A DNA stretch of 64,000 nucleotides from Pseudomonadota bacterium (GTDB lineage Bacteria > Pseudomonadota > Gammaproteobacteria > JAKAQQ01), in the NCBI GenBank assembly GCA_021798115.1, contig JAJZYM010000002.1, positions 166,687 to 230,686 on the forward strand. The letters run 5' to 3'. Within the stretch, counting starts at the first letter, position 1. Each line of letters opens with the position of its first letter. The position numbers and the translations under genes are program-made. Positions 56,494 through 64,000 of the stretch are shown here, in pieces. The notes beneath the pieces were generated by a model. It was not told the DNA's origin and did no database searches. It saw only the letters and a list, made by a program, of their open reading frames with translations.

Positions 56494-58847
56494 CAATCTT
56501 CCTCCGGACGGCGGACGAGAACCTCGCGCATCCCGTTGGACTGCAGCGGGCCCACGAGCCCATCGTGTTCCATGCGCTCGATCAGGCGTGCGGCCCGATT
56601 ATAGCCAATGCGCAAGCGGCGCTGGACACCCGACGTCGACGCCCGTTTCGAGGCGAGGACGATACGCACCGCCTCATCGTAAAGGGGGTCGCTCCCCTCC
56701 CCCCCTCCGCCGCCCCCGCTCGGAGCGTCGGCGTCGCCCTCGTCGCCCGGGCCCTGCTCGCTCAGAATCTCCTCGTGGTACTGAGGAGGAGCGGTCCGGC
56801 GCAGGTGCTCGACGACACGGTGCACCTCGCTGTCCGAGACGAACGCCCCGTGCACACGCAGGGGAACACTCTGTCCGGCGGGCAGATAGAGCATGTCGCC
56901 TTGTCCGAGGAGCGATTCCGCTCCGTTCTGGTCGAGGATGGTCCGCGAATCGGTGCGTGAGGAAACCTGGAAGGCCACCCGCGCGGGAACGTTGGCCTTG
57001 ATGAGACCGGTGATCACGTCCACCGTTGGTCTCTGGGTGGCGAGAATGAGGTGAAGACCGGAAGCACGGGCTTTCTGCGCGAGACGGGCGACGAGCTGCT
57101 CGACTTTCTTGCCGGCCACGAGCATGAGGTCCGCGAGTTCGTCAATGACGATGACGACCTGCGGGAGAGCCGGCAAGAGTTCGGGTTCCGGGTAGCCGAG
57201 CTCCGCGAGGAGAGCGCGGACCTCGGCCGTCGTCGGTCCGCTCTCTTCCGTCCGCCGCCGGCGGTACCCGACAAGACCGCGTACCCCAAGGGCGGCCATC
57301 AGACGGTAGCGGCGGTCCATCTCGTGAACCGCCCAGCGGAGCGCGGTCGCCGCCTCACGGACGTCGATCACGACGGGGGTCAGGAGATGGGGGATATCCG
57401 CATAGGCGGAGAGTTCGAGCATCTTCGGATCGATCAGAACGAGCCGGACCTGCGCCGGCGCATTCTTGTAGAGGAGGCTCAGGATCATCGCGTTCAAGGC
57501 CACCGATTTCCCCGACCCCGTGGTCCCGGCGATCAGGAGATGGGGCATGCGCTCGAGATCGGCGACGACGGGCTGGCCGGCGATGTCCTTGCCCAGAGCG
57601 AGGGTGAGGGGAGACGGGGCCTCGGCGTAGAGACGGGTACGCAGAATTTCGCCCAAAGTCACGATTTCGCGGGCGGCATTCGGGACCTCAAGACCGATGT
57701 AGGGCTTCCCGGGAATGATGTCCACGACACGGACACTCGTCGTCGAGAGGCTTCGTGCGAGATCGCGGGCCAGCGTGGCGATCTGGCTCACCTTGACGCC
57801 GGGCGCGGGCTGGAGTTCAAGACGGGTCACGACCGGTCCCTGTTCGACGGCGACGACGTGGACCTTGACGCCGAAATCGCCGAGCTTGTCCTCGACGAGA
57901 CGGGACATGGCCTCGAGTGATTCGCGATCTTCGTGTCGCGGCCGCTCGGGCGGAGGGTCCAGGAGCGAGAGCGGCGGAAGCGCGTGGCCTTCCGCCCCCT
58001 CGAAAAGCCGGCCCTGCCGCTCGCGGAGCGCACGCGGGCTCGGATCCGCGGCTGCCTGTGCTTGTTCGGCCATGCGCACAAGAGGACGCGGGCGCGCAGG
58101 TTCGGGAGGACTCTCCCCGTCACCGGCGCGGGCGGGATCGACGACGGCCGCAACTTCCGGAAGAGGGTCCACCGCGCGCAGGACGGGAAGCTCGCGCTCC
58201 GCGCGCCGATCTTTACGCTCTTGGCGCCAGCGCAGGAGGAGCCAGGCTCCGAACGTGTGAAAGAGATCGCGAAGACGACGCACGAGATCGAGCCATGAAA
58301 CCCGGGTGGCCAGGGTCAGGGCGGCCAGGAAGAGGCCCGCCAGGAGAAGGGCGGCGCCGAGCGTCCCGAGCCCCGCCCGAACGAGGCCGGCCAGGGCACG
58401 CCCCTCAAGTCCTCCGCTCGTCGTGCCGAGCCCGAAGGACGGCGTGTGGGGGAAAAGAAGCGCCGCGAGCGCCGCCAGGCAGGCCAGCGCCACGAGCGCC
58501 GCGAGGGCGCGGAAGACAAGCGGACGTCGAGGGACGACGAGCGGAGGCCGGTGAAGGGCGACGAGGAGGCTCAGGGCCAGGGGCGGAAGGAGGAGCGACG
58601 TCATTCCCGCCAGGAAATAGAGCGTGGCCGCCGTGTCCGCCCCCAGGCGCCCCATCCAGTTGCGGACCGGGCGGGCGGAAGCATAGAACCAGCTGGGGTC
58701 GTGCCTGTGGTACCCGAGAAGCGCGAGAAAGATGATGAGAGCGATGACGCCGCCCATCCAGAACGCGGCCTCGTGAAGCGCCCGCGACGAGGTCTCGTGG
58801 GTCCGCTGAGTGCCACGTCGTCCAGGGGGCCGCGGGCGTGCTCTCAT
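56493..58847 (-). CDS. ftsK: DNA translocase FtsK.
   Basis: It has N-terminal TM helices, a Pro/Arg-rich linker, Walker A (LLIAGTTGSGKSV), VIVIDELADLM, and the gamma domain (SGVQRRLRIGYNRAARLIERME). Start chosen at 58847, after the ald stop. Confidence 0.93.
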   Translation of the reverse strand: MRARPRPPGRRGTQRTHETSSRALHEAAFWMGGVIALIIFLALLGYHRHDPSWFYASARPVRNWMGRLGADTAATLYFLAGMTSLLLPPLALSLLVALHRPPLVVPRRPLVFRALAALVALACLAALAALLFPHTPSFGLGTTSGGLEGRALAGLVRAGLGTLGAALLLAGLFLAALTLATRVSWLDLVRRLRDLFHTFGAWLLLRWRQERKDRRAERELPVLRAVDPLPEVAAVVDPARAGDGESPPEPARPRPLVRMAEQAQAAADPSPRALRERQGRLFEGAEGHALPPLSLLDPPPERPRHEDRESLEAMSRLVEDKLGDFGVKVHVVAVEQGPVVTRLELQPAPGVKVSQIATLARDLARSLSTTSVRVVDIIPGKPYIGLEVPNAAREIVTLGEILRTRLYAEAPSPLTLALGKDIAGQPVVADLERMPHLLIAGTTGSGKSVALNAMILSLLYKNAPAQVRLVLIDPKMLELSAYADIPHLLTPVVIDVREAATALRWAVHEMDRRYRLMAALGVRGLVGYRRRRTEESGPTTAEVRALLAELGYPEPELLPALPQVVIVIDELADLMLVAGKKVEQLVARLAQKARASGLHLILATQRPTVDVITGLIKANVPARVAFQVSSRTDSRTILDQNGAESLLGQGDMLYLPAGQSVPLRVHGAFVSDSEVHRVVEHLRRTAPPQYHEEILSEQGPGDEGDADAPSGGGGGGEGSDPLYDEAVRIVLASKRASTSGVQRRLRIGYNRAARLIERMEHDGLVGPLQSNGMREVLVRRPEED

Positions 58848-58887
58848 CCGGCCTCTTGCGGGCCACCGCCGTGCGGCGCTTCCCCTC

Positions 58888-59946
58888 TCACCCCTTGAGC
58901 GCCTGGAGGCGGATCTCGCCCGCCTCAACGTTGAGGCCACGGACGAGCGCCGGATCGTTGCGCCAGTCGCCCGCCGCAAGACGCAGGACATAGGGCGCGA
59001 CGGCGGCCGAGAGCGCCTGCGAGCTTGTCCGCGGGACGGCGCCCGGCATGTTGGTGACCGTGAAATGCACGACGTCGTGATAACGGTAGGTCGGATCGTC
59101 GTACGTTCGTGGCTCGGTGGTCTCGATGCAACCGCCCTGGTCGACCGAGATATCGACGACGACGCTCCCCGGCTGCATCGCTTCAATCATCTCGCGGCTG
59201 ATCACGTGCGGGGCACGTGCCCCGGTGATGAGGACGGCCCCGACCACAAGATCCGCACGGCTTACGGCTTCGGCCACATCGTGGGTGTGCGGATAGAGCG
59301 CCGTGACGTTGGGGCCGAGGGCGCGCATCTTCTCGAGTTTGTCGCGGTCGGTGTCGAAGACCGTCACCTGGGCGCCCAGGGCGGCGGCCACTTCGGCGGC
59401 GTTGCCGCCGGCCACGCCTGCGCCCACGATCACCACGCGCCCCCGCCGGGTGGTCGCGACACCCCCCAGCAGAATCCCCTTGCCACCCTGGGGCTGGTGC
59501 AGGAGATGGGTCCCGATCTGGATCGAAAGACGGCCCGCGATGTCGCTCATCGGAGCGAGAAGCGGGAGACGCCCGCGGGCATCCTCCACCGTCTCGAAAG
59601 CAATGGCCGTGAGCCCGATGTCGAGAAGGGCGCGGGTGAGCTGGGGCAACGGCGCGAGATGGAGATAACAGAACAAAAGATGTCGTTTCTCGAGTGAGCG
59701 GAGATCCTCGGCGATGGGCTCTTTGACTTTGACGATGAGATCACCACGTGCAAAGACGTCGGGGTGGGTCGGGACGATCGTGCACCCGACGGCGGAATAT
59801 TCCTCGTCGGGGTACCCGCTCATGACACCGGCATCGTGCTCGACAAACACCTGGTGACCGTGGCGGACGAGTTCCGCGCAGGCGGGGGGGATGAGCCCGA
59901 CGCGGCCTTCACGGGGTTTGAGTTCGCGGGGAATACCGATACGCAT
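58888..59946 (-). CDS. ald: Alanine dehydrogenase.
   Basis: MRIGIPRELKPREGRVGL, KVKEP, VIVGAGVAGGNAA, DISVDQGG. Confidence 0.93.
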   Translation of the reverse strand: MRIGIPRELKPREGRVGLIPPACAELVRHGHQVFVEHDAGVMSGYPDEEYSAVGCTIVPTHPDVFARGDLIVKVKEPIAEDLRSLEKRHLLFCYLHLAPLPQLTRALLDIGLTAIAFETVEDARGRLPLLAPMSDIAGRLSIQIGTHLLHQPQGGKGILLGGVATTRRGRVVIVGAGVAGGNAAEVAAALGAQVTVFDTDRDKLEKMRALGPNVTALYPHTHDVAEAVSRADLVVGAVLITGARAPHVISREMIEAMQPGSVVVDISVDQGGCIETTEPRTYDDPTYRYHDVVHFTVTNMPGAVPRTSSQALSAAVAPYVLRLAAGDWRNDPALVRGLNVEAGEIRLQALKG

Positions 59947-59966
59947 AGATGGCCTCGTGGGTTTGA

Positions 59967-61013
<1,047 letters not shown>

Positions 61014-61037
61014 GATCTCCCCCGGAAAATCCCCGGC

Positions 61038-62576
61038 TCAAGCCTCGGGTTTGAGGAGCGGGAAGAGAAGCACCTCACGGATGCTCTCAACACCGTTGAG
61101 GGCCATCACCAACCGATCGACGCCCACGCCCAACCCGCCGGTCGGCGGCATGCCGTATTCGAGCGCCCGGATATAGTCTGCGTCGTACGCCATGGCCTCT
61201 TCGTCGCCCGCCGCCTTGCGTGCGAGTTGCGCCCGGAAGCGGCGTTCCTGCTCCTCGGGGTCGTTGAGTTCGCTGAAACCGTTGGCGAGTTCACGCCCCC
61301 CGAGGTAGAGCTCGAACCGCTCGGTAAAAAACGGGTCGGAGGGATCGTTTTGCGCGAGCGGCGAGACCTCGGCCGGATAGTGGGTCACGAAGGTGGGCTG
61401 CCGGAGACGGGTCTCGACGAGCCCCTCGAAGAGGGCGAAGAGAAGCTCGCCCGCACCCGCTTGCACCGGGGGAGGAAGACGGTGCGTGTCGAGAAGGGCC
61501 CGCAGGGTTTTCGGGTCCCGCAGAGGCGCGGTCCCATCGAGGCCCAAAGCCTCGGCGACGAGTTCGTCCATGCGGCAACGGCGAAAGGCGGGAGCCAGAT
61601 CGAGACCCTGTTCGTCTTCCGCACCCGGTGCGTCCGGGCCTTCCCCGCGCGGGGGAGGAAGGCGCGTCTCGCCGAGAACCTCGAGCGCCGTGTGGCGGAG
61701 GAGCTGCTCGGTGATCGCCATCATGTCGTTCCAGTCGGCGTAGGCCTGGTAGAGTTCAAGCATCGTGAACTCGGGGTTGTGACGACTCGAAACGCCCTCG
61801 TTGCGGAAATTGCGGTTGATCTCGTAGACACGCTCAAACCCGCCGACGATGAGACGCTTGAGGTAAAGCTCAGGGGCGATGCGGAGGTAAAGATCGAGAT
61901 CGAGGGCATTGTGATGTGTCACGAAAGGACGTGCCGCCGCCCCGCCCGGGAGCGTGTGCATCATGGGGGTCTCAACCTCGAGGAAGCCGAGAGCATCGAG
62001 GTAGCGGCGGAGGGCGGTCACGGCGCGGCTACGGCGGACGAACAGCGCGCGCACATCGGCGTCGCTCAGAAGATCCACATAGCGGCGGCGGTAGCGTTGT
62101 TCCGGATCGCGAAGTCCCTTGTGCTTCTCGGGAAGAGGGCGGATGCTCTTCGCAAGAAGGTCGAGCTCCTCGACGTCGAGACTCAGCTCCCCCTTGCGGG
62201 TTTTCATGAGCCGCCCGCGCACACGAACGATGTCCCCGAGATCGAGTTCGCTGGTGAAGCGTTTCCAGAGATCCTCGCCGGTGCGGTCACGGGCAAAGTG
62301 GAGCTGAAGACGTCCCGTGACGTCATGAAGATCGGCAAAAGCCACCCGTCCCATCACCCGCCGCCCCATGAGGCGTCCGCAGACGGCGAGACGCACCGCC
62401 TCGCGTTCGATCTCTTCCGCTCCGCGCGCGTCGTAGAGCGCATGGAGCTCGCCGGCGCGGGCGTCACGTGACGCCCGAAACGGCGCGTAGTGGAACCCCG
62501 CGGCACGCAGCCCCGTGAGTTTCAATCGCCGCTCGCGGACGAGTCGCTCCTCTTCCTCGCGATCGGGTGTGGTCAT
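61038..62576 (-). CDS. lysS: Lysyl-tRNA synthetase (class II).
   Basis: [50 protein letters not shown]. The ATG at 62576 forms an ATGA overlap with the prfB stop. Confidence 0.95.
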   Translation of the reverse strand: MTTPDREEEERLVRERRLKLTGLRAAGFHYAPFRASRDARAGELHALYDARGAEEIEREAVRLAVCGRLMGRRVMGRVAFADLHDVTGRLQLHFARDRTGEDLWKRFTSELDLGDIVRVRGRLMKTRKGELSLDVEELDLLAKSIRPLPEKHKGLRDPEQRYRRRYVDLLSDADVRALFVRRSRAVTALRRYLDALGFLEVETPMMHTLPGGAAARPFVTHHNALDLDLYLRIAPELYLKRLIVGGFERVYEINRNFRNEGVSSRHNPEFTMLELYQAYADWNDMMAITEQLLRHTALEVLGETRLPPPRGEGPDAPGAEDEQGLDLAPAFRRCRMDELVAEALGLDGTAPLRDPKTLRALLDTHRLPPPVQAGAGELLFALFEGLVETRLRQPTFVTHYPAEVSPLAQNDPSDPFFTERFELYLGGRELANGFSELNDPEEQERRFRAQLARKAAGDEEAMAYDADYIRALEYGMPPTGGLGVGVDRLVMALNGVESIREVLLFPLLKPEA

Positions 62577-63695
62577 CCGTTGGCCTCCGTCGCCTTGAGT
62601 GCGGCGGCAAGAAAGGGTTTGATCGCCCCGTCGAGAACCGCTTGGGTATTCATGGTCTCGACCCCCGTCCTGAGATCCTTGATCCGGGACTGGTCGAGGA
62701 CGTAAGAACGAATCTGGTGCCCCCAACTGATGTCCGGTTTCTCGGCCTCGCGCGCAATGTGCTCGGCCCGTCGGCGCGCTTCCTCTCGTTCGTAGAGCTT
62801 GGCCCTGAGCTGTTTCATCGCCGTCTCGCGGTTCTTGTGCTGGGAGCGTTCATTCTGGCAGGCAACGACGATTCCGGAGGGGAGGTGCGTGATGCGGATC
62901 GCCGATTCGGTCCGGTTCACGTGTTGCCCACCGGCGCCGCTCGCCCGATAGGTGTCGATCCGTAAATCCGCGGGGTTGATCTCGATCTCGATCGAATCGT
63001 CGATTTCGGGGGTCACGTCGACCGACGCAAAGGACGTGTGGCGGCGGTTCCCGGCGTCGAAAGGCGACTTGCGGACAAGGCGATGAATGCCCGTCTCAGT
63101 GCGCAACCAGCCGTAGGCGTAATCGCCCGCGACGTGAACCGTCACGCTCTTCAATCCGGCGACCTCGCCTTGCGACTCGTCGATGATTTCGTTGCGAAAG
63201 CCTTGCTCGTCGCAAAAACGCAGGTACATCCTCAGCAGCATGGCGACCCAATCCTGGGCTTCGGTTCCCCCCGCCCCGGCGTTGATCTCGAGAAATGCGT
63301 TGTTGCGATCGACAGGGCCGGAAAACATCCGTTCGAATTCGAGAGCGGCGACCTCCTTTTCGAGGGTGTCGAGGTCCGCGGCGGTTTCGACGAGAAGCGC
63401 GGGTTCGTCCTCGGTGTCGAGAAGATCAAGAAGCCCCGAGGCCTCCCGACGGTAGACGTCGACCCGCCCGAAACGGCCCGTCAGATCCTCAAGCTCGGCC
63501 CGCTCCTTGTTGAGCGCGGTCGCCCGGGTGGGGTCGTTCCAGAGATCCGGAGCTTCAAGCTCGCGACGGACTTCCTCGAGACGCAAGAGGCGACGGTCGT
63601 AGTCAAAGAGACCTCCGGAGACTCTCGAGTCTCGGCTCGAGCTCGCTCAGGCGACGGCGAAGGACCCCGACAGCCGGAGCCCCCGCCCCATCCAT
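62573..63695 (-). CDS. prfB: Peptide chain release factor 2, requiring a programmed +1 frameshift.
   Basis: The main ORF has SPF ([15 protein letters not shown]) and GGQ (SGAGGQHVN) motifs. The upstream short frame ...LESLRRSL ends at an in-frame TGA. The +1 frame continues [12 protein letters not shown]... into the main ORF. The start is either 63695 (MDGAG...) or 63752. Confidence 0.9.
63602..63618 (-). other. prfB +1 frameshift site with internal Shine-Dalgarno-like element.
   Basis: The minus strand reads CCGGAGG TCT CTT TGA C, which is the canonical CTT-TGA-C slippery/stop context with GGAGG a few nt upstream. Confidence 0.85.
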
Positions 63696-64000
63696 CGCGG
63701 AAGCAGAGGCGGATCGCGAACCCCTCGGAGTTTGATCGTCGGCAACGGACATGGGCTCCTCTGCGTGTCGGTCAACGTGCGGCGTCGATTATACGGGAGG
63801 GGCGCGCGGCCGCAGCGGTGCCTCTTCCATCCTCTTCATCCTTCACGCATACGACGGAGAGCCTGCCCCTTGAGCGCATTGAGGTCATCGACAGCCATGA
63901 TGGGATGCTGATTTTCCCAGCACTGCCGCACCGGGCCAAGACGCCAAGGGCGACGGAACCTGGTCGACCAAAAACAAAAATGAACCGGGCAGAAGAATCG

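Overview
The 64-kb window has two compositionally distinct parts; all calls rest on reading the ORF translations and DNA by eye, with no database search. The left ~13.7 kb hand-counts at about 37-63% GC per 60-nt line and has few long antisense ORFs. It encodes a partial archaeal-type cis-prenyltransferase, a secreted tricorn-type protease, several small envelope proteins, and a lipid-transport module (hpnM-like gene diverging from an hpnN-like RND, hpnL-like protein and sulfotransferase operon). This block ends at a frameshifted, 3'-truncated SQR/FCSD-like pseudogene near 13.75 kb. The right ~50 kb hand-counts at about 62-72% GC and has many long spurious antisense ORFs. Its gene order looks gammaproteobacterial: dsrE-like gene, an Rrf2-regulated sufBCDSUT operon, two LPS-type glycosyltransferases, tRNA-Ser(TGA) and an MFS transporter. 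Next comes an ~18-kb hopanoid supercluster (hpnA, sqs, shc, hpnG, hpnN, hpnL, hpnH, with hpnIJK divergent). A lower mevalonate pathway is physically interleaved in it: a fused HMG-CoA reductase::mevalonate kinase, pmk, mvaD and idi. Downstream are a rhodanese, sdhE, sdhCDAB, ygfZ, sqr, pgm, the serS-rarA-lolA-ftsK-(ald)-trxB block, lysS, and prfB with its +1 frameshift. I saw no CRISPR array, transposase, integrase or rRNA. The most interesting items are the mevalonate/hopanoid interleaving with the HMGR::MVK fusion, the second compositionally foreign HpnM/N/L-like module coupled to a sulfotransferase, and the compositional junction at the truncated gene.
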